The notes under the pieces: generated by a model
What the model was told of the DNA's origin: nothing
Database searches by the model: none
The model's input: only the letters and a program-made list of their open reading frames with translations
Assembly: GCA_013239625.1 (NCBI GenBank)
Contig: MU054338.1
Span: 4,427,371 to 4,491,370 of the forward strand
Source: Lama guanicoe
Taxonomy: Eukaryota
Direction: 5' to 3'
DNA length: 64,000 nucleotides
In this document: positions 12,601 to 31,600 of the stretch, piece after piece
How positions within the stretch are numbered: the first letter of the stretch is position 1
How the letters are laid out: every line of letters begins with the position of its first letter
Made by a program: the position numbers and the translations under genes

Positions 12601-14860
12601 TTGATTCCAAAATTGAGCTAGCAAGACTTCAAGAAAATCAAATGATGGGTTTACTTTCCTTTACTTATGATCTTAGATGCAAAATCCTAGCCAAGCAAGT
12701 CCAATGGTGTATTAAAAAATAATATATCATGTGGGTACTAGTGATTGCACAACACAAATTAGTTTAATGCCACGGAACTGTACACTTAAAAATAGCTCAA
12801 ATGGGAAATTTTATATTAGGTATATTTTACCATAAGAAAAAAATAAGAATAAAAGACCAAAACAAACAAACCAAAAAAACCATGATAAGTCGGAGGTTAT
12901 CGCTGTCATGCAAAGATGGTTCAATATCTAAAAATCTACCAGTCTGATTCAGTATGTTAATCAGCTCAAAGGGGGAAAAAAAAGCATATGGTTATTCATT
13001 TAATAACTCAAAACACTAACAATAAAAAAAAACCCTGCCAGATTAAAAAAAAGAAAATCTTTTACTCACTCTTTCCAAGCAACAAGATTCTCTTCCCAGT
13101 CCTCTTACATAATAAGAATGACGGTTGCCACTTGCAGACAGGCAGCCAAATTATATTGTGCCATTTTCACAGAACCTCTTGTACAAAACAGCTTTTATGG
13201 ATGTAAAGTTCTATTCAGAACTCTAGAGTTCCTGAGTTTTCATGGGGTGTGAGTTATGGATGAGTGCTCTAGAGTTGAGACAGGCTGGCTTTGAATTCTA
13301 GCTGTTTCCAGACCTCTGTTTTCTCATCTGTACTATGCATGAGGTGTTAGGACTGGAAAGAAACTGAACCCAGGTTTGACGTACTCCAAAGGTCTGTGCT
13401 TGTAGTTGTTCCTATCTGTCTATGTAGACACGGAGAAGATCCGGCCTAGGGACGAGTGGCAATAACGCCTAGCATCTATAGAAGGTTATTGTGTGCCAGG
13501 CACTATTCCAAACATCTTTCTTGCATCATTAGGATTCCTGTTTTCCTAAGAACTTTTGAGCAGAGGTAGGATCATGATTGACCTGTTAGGACGGTGTCTC
13601 TAATGCCTAGAATGGGTTCTTGGCACACAGTAGTCACTCAATATACATCTGAATAACTAAGGGCACTGTTCTAATCTTTATAACAGCTCCTACGAGATAT
13701 ACAGATATATTCTCATTTTTTAAGACAAGCATCCTGAGACAAAGTTTCAGTAACTTAACTCAAACTCACACAACTCAGAAATGGCCCACAGTGGGATTGG
13801 AAGCCAGGCTAGAAAGCCCTGGCTGAGCTCCTGGGAGCCAAGCCCATGGTTTTTGGCTTGTTAAATCACATGGGATTCTTTCTCCCTTGTCTGCTTTGTC
13901 CTAGGGAAGCCCTGAAGAAAATGAAGGATGTGTATGAGAAGACACCCCAGATGGGGGACCCAGCCAGCTTGGAACCCCGGATCACAGAAACCCTGAACAA
14001 CATTGAACGACTGAAGTTGGAAGTGCAGAAGTATGAGGTCAGGGAAGACCCTGGGGAGGGGTGGGGGCCAGCGGGCCTGGCTGAATCACTTCCCGGGAGG
14101 GGGGTAGGGGGGACAGGGAGGTGTTGTGGGGGGACTCCAGCTGTTTCTCATCACAGCCTTGGGTGTGCATGGGTGATCTCAGGAAACCTCCCGGGCCCAG
14201 AGCGGGCTGACCCTGGAGCCCTGCCCTGGAACTGACCGTGTGGTCCCCTCCTCTCAGACTTGGCTGGCGGAAGCTGAGAGCCGGGTCCTAAGCAACCGGG
14301 GGGACACTCTGGGCCGGCATGCTCGGCCTCCAGACCCCCCAGCCAGCGCCCCCCCAGACAGCAGCAGCAGCAACAGCAACAGCGGATCACAGCGTAACAA
14401 GGAGAGGTGAGCAGGGAGGCGAGTCTGAGTCCACTCTGGGTTCGGGACGGAGGAGGGCTGTCCTCACCTGTTTTGCCCTCTCCAACCAGCTCTGAAGAAC
14501 CCCCCTCAGAGGAGGGTCAGGATGCTCCCATCTACACAGAGTTCGATGAGGATTTTGAGGAGGAACCTGCATCCCCCATAGGTCACTGTGTGGCCATCTA
14601 CCACTTTGAAGGTAAGGACAGCCCACGTGGCATATCAGTGGCTTGGGGGGCCATCTTTATTGCTAGATTCACCTAAAGCAGACCTGAGCCCACCACCACC
14701 CCATGTCACAGGGTCCAGTGAGGGTACCATCTCCATGGCGGAGGGCGAAGACCTTAGTCTCATGGAAGAGGACAAAGGTGATGGCTGGACCCGGGTCAGG
14801 CGGAAACAGGGAGATGAAGGTTACGTGCCCACCTCCTACCTCCGTGTCACGCTCAACTGA
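6658..14860 (+). CDS. TRIP10: Cdc42-interacting protein 4 (F-BAR, HR1, SH3); complete, 604 aa with the alternative exon, 548 aa without
   Basis: Exons: 6658-6681, 7854-7969, 8054-8110, 8979-9126, 9202-9264, 9483-9587, 9673-9801, 10357-10503, 10616-10810, [11838-12005 alternative], 12268-12377, 13905-14037, 14258-14406, 14490-14611, 14712-14860 (TGA). Total 1815 nt. Starts [35 protein letters not shown] and ends with the SH3 ...[27 protein letters not shown]. Confidence 0.97.
11741..11837. other. Assembly gap (97 N) after a poly-T run
   Basis: N run visible in the sequence. Confidence 0.99.
11838..12005 (+). CDS. TRIP10: TRIP10 56-codon proline-rich cassette exon (long CIP4 isoform insert)
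   Basis: Encodes [56 protein letters not shown]. It is 168 nt, phase 0-0, with donor GGG|GTAAGT. The acceptor is hidden in the N gap. Confidence 0.88.
12410..13050 (+). mobile_element. Degenerate old L1 (ORF2-derived) fragments
   Basis: AT-rich island in a GC-rich gene with L1-like motifs (gatgcaaaatcct, atgcaaagatggttcaatat). Confidence 0.55.
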
Positions 14861-15849
14861 ACCCTGCCAGAGGCGGGAAGAGGAGGGCTGTTGGCTGCTG
14901 CTTCTGGGCCGTGGGGGGCCCCAGGACCTACGCACTTTATTTCTGCCCCCGTGGCTTCGGCTGAGACCTGTGTAACCTGCTGCCCCCCACCCCCACTCCT
15001 CACCCCGGATGGACCCCGCTGTGCCTTCCACCATCGATGTACATACTCGTGTTTCAAATCTTTTCTTCCTGCCTCTTGGCTGGGGCCATTTTGTTTTATA
15101 TAAAAAAATTATGGAAAGCTCCTGCTGTCTGAGCCTTAATGGGAGATCCGGATATTGGGACTGGATGATCAAACACCACCCTCCTTCTGGGTCACACAGG
15201 GGAGGAAGGGGAGGTGAACTTGGGTACACCTTGTACCAACCCTACCTCTTCTCTGATGCCAAAAGGGAGGAGGGTGCCCGATGACATCCCTTTGGTGTTC
15301 ATCACAGCTTACTGGGAACAGGAAGCACCTTTTGAATACCTACTGTGTGCCAGGCATGCTCCACCCATGATCTCATTCAAGCATGGAGCTTTCATCCCCA
15401 TGACAACCCCTGGAAAGTACAGTCTCACTTTTTATGTTGAAGGCAGGCACAGAGAGGTCAAGCAATCTGCTGGAAGTCACACAGCTTTTAAAATGTATTT
15501 GAACTCCAGTCTCTTATAGATCTTCAAGTTCTCTTTAACATTAAAAGCCACATGTTCACCATTTGGTGGTGGTGGGAGGATGCAGGCGTAGGGGCTGGGA
15601 GAGGGGGTCCAGAATCTCTAGACGTCAGGGGTCTTCTAGCGTTGGGGAGGAGGCTTCTGTCCCCAAGGATCCATGTGCATTTTTAGGGCATGGTAGGTTC
15701 TTGCAAACCAGGTCCCCTCCCTTTTGTGAGGCAGGATGTATGTCCCCACTGCATCTGGCCTTGTGAGGAATCTGGGGTGGCTTCCTTGGTCCCTGATGGG
15801 GATCCCCAGAAGCCTGGGTATCCTAGCGTGAAGAAGGGGGTCTGTGCTT

Positions 15850-22778
<6,929 letters not shown>

Positions 22779-22914
22779 TCAGTCTTCCTCATCTGAAAAA
22801 TGGGAATAATTACTCTTGCTTCCTGAGTGGCTGGGTCAGCCCCCACCATGTTCCTCATAGTTTTTTGTTTGTTTTGTTTTGTTTGTTTTTGAATGTACGA
22901 TATCAGTTAGTTTT

Positions 22915-23335
22915 TATTTTTATTTTAAAAAATTTATTGAAGTTTAGTCAGTTTACAATGTGGTGTCAATTACTGGTGTACAACATAACGTTTCAGTCGT
23001 ACATGTACAAAACTATATTCATTTACATATTCTTTTTCATTATAGATTACTGTAAGATATTGAGTATATTTCCCTGTGCGCTACAGTAGAAACTCAACGT
23101 TTATCTATTTTACATATAATAGTTACTATCTGCAAATCTCAAACTCCCAGTTTATCCTTTCCCAATACCTTTCCCCCTGGTAACCCTGAGTTTGTTTTCT
23201 ATGTCTGTGAGTCTGTGTCTGTTTTGTAAATCAGTTCATTTGTGTCTTTTTTTTTTTTTTAAGATTCCACATGAGTGACATGATATGGTATTTGCTATTT
23301 TTCTTTCTCTTTCTGGCTTACTTCACTTAGAATTA
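22915..23335 (-). mobile_element. L1 3' end fragment
   Basis: tttattgaagtttagtcagtttacaatgtggtg...ttccctgtgcgctacagtag...agattccacatgagtgacatgatatggtattt is a typical laurasiatherian L1 3' UTR. Confidence 0.75.
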
Positions 23336-23654
23336 CAAACTCCCCTAAACTCCCCTTGTAGTTTTGAAGACAGTAACCGGCACCCTAGCAAACCTTAAAA
23401 TGCAACTCTCTTTGTATGTGTATATATACAAATATTTATTTTATTTAATTTATTTTTTCACAGATACATATTTTTAAATTAAAGAAATTACTCATAGGCA
23501 GAATTTATATATATATATATATCAGATTAAAATCAGGCTATGAGTAACTTTAATTTAGAATAGGCTGTGATTTCACAGAAACAGTTATACATTCACTGGG
23601 ATTCTTGCAAAAGCTGAAGACCTGCACATTGCTTTCAGTGGGATGCAATTTTTG

Positions 23655-23864
23655 GGGAGGGGGAGAGTAATTAGGTTCATTTATTTATTTATTTTTAGAG
23701 GAGGTACTGGGGATTGAACACAGGATCTTGTGCATGCTAGGCATGCGCTCTACCACTTGAGCTATATCCCCTCCTTTATTTTTATTTTTAATGGAGTACT
23801 GGGGATTGAATCCAGGACCTCATGCATGCTAAGCCCGTGCTCTACCACTGAGCTATACCCTCCC
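23655..23864 (-). mobile_element. Two tandem tRNA-derived SINE copies (Vic-1-like)
   Basis: Two copies of the ggaggtactggggattgaa...gcatgc...ctctaccac...gagctata unit (about 23655-23774 and 23775-23864), each with a TTTA tail. Confidence 0.8.
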
Positions 23865-25699
23865 TCTGTCAATGTAATGCAATTTGCATGCAGATGATGT
23901 ATTGCTATGTTTCGGAGAAATTTAATTATTGAATCCACTCAAACCAATATTTATGGGGCTCCCACTGTGTGCCAGGCACCATTCTAGGCACTAAGACCTC
24001 GTAGTGAGCAAAGCAGACTGGGATCCCTGCCCTTAGTAGGTGAGGGAGTATAGGATAGGTCAGAGAGACCTAAGCAGACAAATGGCACCAGGGATGGGAT
24101 TAGGAAGATCTGAGTGGTGGAGTTAAGATTTTCCAGTGGGTGACAATGGGAAGGTCTCAGTCAGTAAAGATTTGGAGGATTTTGAGAAAGCAAGCCAGGT
24201 AGTTCTTGGGGTGAAAGGAATTTCTGGCTGGAGGGGGAAGGGTGGGATTTAATTGACTAAAATCTACAGCATCTTAGCAATCTATGGGCACACTCAAGTA
24301 TTCTTAGGTGGGATGCAAATCCAACCCGTATGTGGCTTCCAAACTAAAGCCATTTTTTAAGGGCATTCAAAGGTCACATTTTTGTAGGTGCTGGCAAACA
24401 GTGAGTAGGCATTTGTAGATCTTTATGTTATGGAGCTGCTACATTTTGTTGTGATTATTATGGTCAGATTTAGGTCTCAGACACTTTAGGACTCCCTTGA
24501 TCACCATGCAGTTCTCAGGCCCTGGGTGTCTCAAGCGTCTGGCGGGGAAATCTGCCCTGGATTCAAGGGACGCAGGTGTCTGCTGGCCTCCTCCACTCCC
24601 AAGCTCTTCTGGACCTGGCGGGTTCTGTAGGGAAATCGCACCAGGATTCCTACAACCTGAGTCAGCTGGCCCAGGCCCTGAAAGGGGCAGGCAGTTTCAG
24701 GCTGGCCCCAGGTTGCTGCAGGGGTGGGGAGCTGAGCAGAGTGCTGGCTCCAGGCGCCACATACCTGAACGCCAGGTGTGTCTCCTAGATGCCCGTGCAC
24801 TTCCTGTTTGTCAGCTGAGCCATGTCTGGCCTTTGTCTAAAGAGTCCCCCAACTCCAGCGTCCTCTGTCTTATGGGCCCCTGAGTGGCTGTGGAGGTGGG
24901 TCACTGACAAGGCTCTGGTTAGTTCCAGGGGGAAGGCAGGGAGCTCAGAATGGGCACAGGTCACCCATGACCCAACTAAGTCATCCTCCTGCTTTGCGTC
25001 CTTTGCAATCATTTCTGGACATCTGAGCAGGGGAGAGAGGAAGGTGGCAGAGTCAGGAGAGGGCGGTGAGTGAGAGGCCAGCTTGGGGGAAGGAGGGAGG
25101 GGATTATTTATGCTCTATCGATGGGGTGCCACCTGCACACAGACACATGGACACAGATGGACACGGGGACTCAAACGTGAGCCAACGCTGACTGGTTGTG
25201 AGCCAGGCCCTGTTCTAGACCCTGGAGAAACAGTGATGAATGAGACCAAGGCCTGGCTGGTGGGCGAGACACACAGCACAAGCACACAGTGAATGAAGAA
25301 TATAATGTCTAAGAAAAAGATAATGTCTAAGGGTAAACAATGAAGGTGATAAAACAGGGAGATGTAATAAAGGCAAGACAATTATGCAAAGATTTGGAGA
25401 AAGCAGTCCAGGTTGTGGGGTACAGCAAGTGTAAAGGTCTGGAGCTGGCTTTTTACAGTTTACATCATCAGGGAGGCCGAAGTGGCTGGCTCCTGCGAGC
25501 CAGGAGCTAAGTGGAGAGCAAGGAGGTCGGCGGGGATGAGACCAGGCAGAAACTGGTGATCCCGAATTTTCATCTCAGTGGGCTGGAAAGGCAGCTCCGG
25601 AAGGGTTTTAAGTGAGGGAGGGGCACGATCTGGTTTAAAAAGAGCGCTCAGGCAAAAGTGGAAGCAAGCTTTCCTTGTTGCACAGGAAACACGCTTAGA

Positions 25700-26560
25700 G
25701 GTGCAAGTACGCCCAGGTACACGGACACGCGTAATGCATAGCGACCCAATCAGGCGACCCCGTCTACGTTCGCGGACGCGCGTGGACAGACACCCAGATC
25801 CTCCCCGGGAGCTGGTGGCCGCACCTGGGAAAGAGAGAACTCCCTACCTCAATGAACTCTTGGTCCTGAATCCGTCTGGGGTCCCTCACTCACCTAGGCC
25901 GGGACCCGCGGAGTTCCCAAGAACCTGGGGCGGGGCGGAAGCCAGAGGCTCTGCGGCTCGCGGCCCCTCCCTCCCCGCCCCAGCCAAGTCCAGCGTTTCC
26001 CCGCCGCGCCCAGAGGGAACCGAGCCCCATCACCTGGCCCCGCCCCTTAAAGCCCTGCCCCGTCAGGCCTCACCTCTTCTCCAGCTATAACCTCCGGGGC
26101 TCGGGGCTCGCCGCCTTGTTCGCGCTTAGTACGGTTAGTACGGGTCTTTGCGCTAACCACGCCCCCTTCAGATATAACTCGCTTCCCCATAGACCACGCC
26201 CCCTTGGGAACTCCGTTCCTTAGTGGGTTCCGCCCCCTTAGAACCCTGCCCCACCCTCCTCCGAGTGACCACGCCCACACATCTCCCCGCCCCTCTTTCA
26301 GTCCTGCCGCTTAGAACCGGGTCCCTAGATTCATTCTCATTAGGGTCTCGGGCTGGCCCTAAGCACCCATAGCCTCTTGGGACGGGAGAAAAGATGTTTC
26401 TCTCCTAGCCTATCAGTGTTCCCGGCAGGGGCAGGGCGGTCCCTACCGGCTCTCTCCCCCGGCCGGGAGTGGTGGCGGGCTGTGACGTGATGGGGTGCGC
26501 TTCCTCCAGACCGCCCCCCTGGGTTTCCGGGAAGGAACCCCATGCGGGTGTCGGGTTTTG
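25700..26560 (-). promoter_or_regulatory. SH2D3A CpG-island promoter and probable non-coding first exon
   Basis: CpG-rich with many GC boxes (CCGCCCC, CCACGCCC). Candidate minus-strand donors are CTAG|GTGAGT (exon end 25894) and GAG|GTAGGG (exon end 25848). It lies about 3 kb upstream of the ATG exon. Confidence 0.6.
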
Positions 26561-27357
26561 TGGAGAGAGATGCGGGAAAGCACGACAGCCTCTCCCAGTA
26601 ACTGAACTTTGGAGTTGAGTTAGGACATGGTGGGGGTGGTAAACTTTCAGGTGGTTTCCTAGGTGAGGGGAAGGAGGAGAGGGGGCTTCCATCGTGTTGC
26701 CTGGAGACAAGCATGAGACAGGTGGTGGTCGGGGCTGGGGGTGGGATCTGGAACCAGAAAGAGGACGCTCAAGCCAAGTTTATTGACGGGGCTCATAACA
26801 ACAACAGAATCGAAAGCAGTAGCTGTAACTATCATTCATTAAGCTCTTACTGTATGCCAGGACTGTTCTGCTTGCTTGACCTGCCTCCACACGTACCATT
26901 TTTACGTAGACCTTGCAGTGAGATGGGCACTATTTTCATCACCTCCACTTTCTAGGGGCAGAATCTGAGGCACGGGGAAGCTAAGCCTTTCCTCCAAGTT
27001 AACAGGCTTGTCAGTGGTCGAGGCGGGATTCAAGCCCGGAGGCCTGGAGCGCTATCCTGTCTTCCTGGCTTTCATCTTCGCAATCCCACGATCTCTGATC
27101 CCTACAATTAATTCTAAACGGTGAAGTTTACTGTCACCTGTTTTACGATGAGGAAATTGACTCACAGGGAGCCACGAATGCTTGGGGATGAAAATTTTGG
27201 TGCCTGTGGGATCGTAAATATGGGAATTTCCAGCCTGGGAATTTCCCTCCTGTCAACGTGGAAGAGACTTCAAGTTCAGGAGTCTGACAGGTGTGTTTTC
27301 CTTGACCCACTCCGGCCTGGTTTTGGTAGTGTAGTGGGTATGACCAGTGAAGGGGTC

Positions 27358-27374
27358 TAGCGCCCCCAAGTGGC
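27358..27374 (-). promoter_or_regulatory. CTCF-like motif
   Basis: Minus strand GCCACTTGGGGGCGCTA is close to the CTCF core CCASYAGRKGGCRS. Confidence 0.55.
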
Positions 27375-27644
27375 TACAATAATTAAAGAAGAAAATCCAA
27401 GGCAGGGGTGTCTTCTGAGGTGGAGGGGGTAGGGAAGACTGTGGGTGGAAGTGGGGAGAGAGAGACCTCCTAGACCAGATGATTTCAGGTAATGATAAGG
27501 GCTACGAAGAGAGTAAACATTTGCTAAATGAAAATGACACTTTTGAAGTCTATAAGGAAAGAGATGATGGTGGCCAGGGACACGGGGATAAATGAATAGA
27601 TTTGGGATAACTGTCAGAGGTAGAGCCAATAGAGTTTCAACTAG

Positions 27645-27674
27645 TCATTCATTCATTCATTCATTCATTCATTC
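27645..27674. repeat. (CATT)n microsatellite at an L2-like end
   Basis: cattcattcattcattcattcattcattca followed by acaaatattt. Confidence 0.9.
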
Positions 27675-28469
27675 AACAAATATTTACGAAGCATGCATAT
27701 GTGCCAGGTGCTGAGGGTGGAGTCCAACAAAAGAGACACAAATTTCTAAATACACAATAAGGAAATCAGTATAATAAAATAGATTTGTCAGACAGTGATC
27801 AGGGCTAGATGTGGGGAAGTTGGGTAGGGTGTGATGGAGTGGGGATAAAGGCTGTGATTTGAAATGGAAAGTTTTGGGAAGACATCAGGAGAGCAAAGTC
27901 GAAGAAGGTGAGGGAGCTAGCGGAGCGAAGTCGCCTCAGGCGGAGGGAGATAATGTGCAAAGGCCCCGTGGCAGGATTCTAGGGCAGGATTCTGGGGTGA
28001 CCTAGTGGGCTGGAGAAACACTGAGGGAACCCGTGTGGCCGGAGCAGAGTGAACGAGTGGGAGAGTGGAGGAGGTAAGAGCAGGGATGAGGGTATAACGT
28101 ACAGAGCCTTGCGGGCTGCAGGGAGGACTTCGACCCCAATGAAGGGGGCTTTGGAACAAGATGACTTAGGCGTTCACAGGTGCGCTCTGATGGGGGAGTC
28201 CAGGCTGCGGGGGCTGAGAACAGGAGCCTGGGGACCGACAGCGGAAGGAGACCTACTAGGCCAGGCTAGCAAGGATGCGTGGCGGACTAGGGTGGAGGCA
28301 GAGGAGGGAGGGGTGGGAAGAAGGCGGATTTTGGGTCTTTTTCGGAGGCGGTACTGCTCTGGGGTTGGATGTAGAGGAAGGCAGCAGGTCTCAGTCTGGT
28401 TACACTGACCTCACTCCTGGGTGCCCAGGTGTTCAGTTTTGGGGGAAAGAGAGGCGGGGTCCTGCTTGA

Positions 28470-28666
28470 AAGGGGCTGGGCGGGGCTGGGCTGCAGGTGC
28501 TCCCCCGCCCCCATCCGCCCCCGACCCCACGGCTCCTCCTCCTCCACCCCCTCTCAGGGCGACAGTTACAGGCAAAGAAGAGGAAGTGGTAGCTAGATAG
28601 CACAGGCGGGCGGGCGGGCGGAGGAGGCGGCGAGGGTGCGCGGCCCGGCCCGGGAAGGCAGCGGCC
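28470..28666 (+). promoter_or_regulatory. VAV1 TATA-less haematopoietic promoter (GC boxes, Myb-like site, PU.1/ETS site)
   Basis: GC boxes at 28478-28525, CAGTTA at 28563-28568 and AAAGAAGAGGAAGTGG at 28574-28589, just upstream of the ATG (GCGGCCATGG, strong Kozak). PU.1 and c-Myb control of the vav1 promoter is established in human and mouse. Confidence 0.8.
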
Positions 28667-31600
28667 ATGGAGCTGTGGCGCCAGTGCACCCACTGGCTGA
28701 TCCAGTGCCGGGTCCTGCCGCCCAGCCACCGCGTGACCTGGGATGGGGCCCAGGTGTGCGAGCTGGCTCAGGCCCTCCGGGATGGCGTCCTGCTCTGCCA
28801 GCTGCTCAACAACCTGCTTCCCCACGCCATCAACCTGCGAGAAGTCAACCTGCGTCCACAGATGTCCCAGGTGAGCCCGCCACAGGCTGGCCGGCGCGAG
28901 GGTGGGAGGGGAGAGGCAGACCCCCCCCCCCGCCGTCACTCCAGGGTTGGCACCCAGGGCGCTGATGCACCGGCGCCTCCAGGTCGGCATCGTAGAGCGG
29001 AATCTGCTCCTGACTCTGGGTCTGACACCAGGTACCGGGAAGCGGCGGCGGTGACACTCTGCGATTCTGGGGTGGCCCACCCGAGGTTAACGGCAACGGG
29101 CCAATAGGCTCCCCGTTAGCCACGCTTAGGCTGAGAACGGGAGACTTGAGGCTGACGCTCCCAAACCCCAGGCTGACTCCTCTGGAGACCGAGCCCCCAG
29201 ATGGGACTGTGGGGGTTCTTGAGGGGCACTGGTAACCCCTTGGGTGGCTGGCAGGATACCTGAGGCTTTTGACTCCTTTGACATCTCCCCCCTCCTCCAA
29301 GATTCTGGCCCTGGGGGAGGGGCCTCCTCCGACTCCTTCCCCCACATGCGTCTCCTCCTCCCGGGCCCTGGGCCCCTTCCTTCCCCTCACATCTTCCCCT
29401 TGGCTTCCTGCCTGGGCCTGGGGCAGCATGGGGCGACTGCGGGGCGGGCTGTGGGCTCCGGGATCTGGTCTCCGTAGCTCCATCCATCCCAGGGGCCGTC
29501 TCGAGGCAGGACATGACCCTGAGCCTCAAGAGAGGGTCTTGGGATTTTGGACCTAAAAATAGCTGCCTTTTCTCTGTAGCGATTTCTGCAAGGGCCTGAG
29601 GTTCCAGGGGGAGGTGGATTTGACTGCCACCGCCGCCAGCTCAGGAAATATATTCAAATTCCTATTTGAATGCGGTTGGGTGGGGGTGGTAAGCTGACTG
29701 GGTCCTCTCCGGGTAGCACCTCCTCTGGTTCCCTATGGCCTCCGCAGTGCTGGGTGGAAGCGATGTCTGCTGATGGCTGGCAGTTAGGGGCGCCTCGCCT
29801 GCCCTGGAGGTCCGAAGGCACACTGGCCATCTAGCCCGCAGGCTCTACCCCTGGACGAAAGCCTTGTCTGGAAGAGCCGCGGGCTAGTGGGGCATTGCCT
29901 TCTCCCTGGTCTGAGGTGCCACGTGCGAATGGGGGGAGGGGAAGTAGCTGCTCAGGTAGGGGTCCCTGAGGGTGTCTCTTGGGGACAGGACCATAAGAGA
30001 GGTGTGTGACCCATCCTCCCCTAGCTCAGGCAGGCTTCCTGAGAGAATGAGGGAACCCCAGAGGCCCCCTCCCCCCATAGCCAGCTGCTCTGGCCACAGG
30101 CCATCCCAAATTCGCCTACATTTTTTTGCCTCCTTCTGGTTTCCAGCATATAAGGAAGTAGCCATCAGACCCTTCAGGCGTCAGACCTGCAAGCAGTCAA
30201 GATTCTGTGAGGTTTCAATAGCAGCTAATGGGAAGGTGGATAGACTTAAGGTTGAACTTCCATCCCTGCTGGCATCTTCCTTACAGCTGGCTCTCTGATG
30301 AAGCGCAAGGGGACCTGGCATTAATCTCTAGGAGGACAGCTGCAGGGATTAATGTGTCTTGGTTTTCTGTTCTGGGCAATGCTGAGGATCCTGGCCTGCG
30401 TCTGACGCTCAAGATGCTCCCAGACTCGAGGAGACAGATATCCCCCAGCCCCGTGTTGTCAGGCCTGCGGCAGAGGGAGAAACCCCTGGGCGGGGGCCTG
30501 GAGCAAAGGAAAGACCTTGTCTGGGGGAGTCAGGCTTTATGACAGAGGGGACATTTATGCTGGGTTTTGACGAGTGAGTAGGAGTTTTCTTGTTGCTCTG
30601 GCTTCCGGCACCTAGCTGTATCAGGTCCCACACTAGGCAGGGGTGATATTCCTCGTCTGGGAGCTCTGGATCTTTTGCCCTGTGCATTTTGTCTCCCTTC
30701 AAAGCTCAGCCCTGTGCCTCTTCACAGTGGGGCTGTGTGTGGAAAGCTAAAAGGCGGTCACATTGAGCCGGAGGGAGGGTCCACAAGAACAGCTTCTATA
30801 GGTTTGAAAGTCCCTATTTGTAAATAGATTTATGCCCGGACCATGAACCGCTGGGGGTGTGGAAGGGTGGGGAAAGAGAAGGGAGGGTGCTCCCATTGGG
30901 GGAATGGCATAAATAAGGGTGTGGAGGCTGGACTTAGGGTGCTTCCCAGTTTCTCTCATTTCCTCTTCGGAGTTGCTCTGCTTTTGCTCAGTTATTTCCT
31001 GGGTTGAGGGTGGGAAGAGAATGTTCATTCATTCATTCATTCATTCATCAACAATTACAATGTACGCCTGGCCTCTTCTTGGTGCCGAAACAGTGAGAAC
31101 AAGACACATACAAACCCCTGTGTTAAGGAGCCTGTATTCTAGTGGGAGACACGGACAGTGGGCAAATAAGGAAACATAAGTTGTCAGAGATGGTACGTGT
31201 TCTGGAGAAAGGGGCTTGGGAGTACGAGGTTGCACTCTTGCACCAGAGGCCTGGTGACATTTGAGCGGAGACTCCTGGAGACATTTGAGCAAACTGAGGG
31301 AATGAGCCATGTGAATCTGAGGAAACCGCGCTCCTGGCAGGGGCACTGCCAGTGCCAAGGCCCTGGGAGGAGAACTGGTCAGTTCCCACGTAGTCTGCAC
31401 CGTGCTACAGGGGCCTGGCTGGTGGCAATGGGTCACGGGCAAGGTTAGATTGCAGTGAGTCTCCAAGCTGGTCAGGCCTTCTGAGATCTGAGACCCAGAG
31501 AGACGATGGTATCACCAGAGGCGGCCGCGGTGATGACCAGACACCATCACTCTCTCCTCCACTCTCTCTGGGAGCCCAAATTCCGAGTTGCAGAGATGAA

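Noticed and set aside
23790..23864. tRNA-like sequences with A/B boxes
   Set aside because: They are diverged multi-copy SINE heads with AT-rich tails, not tRNA genes.
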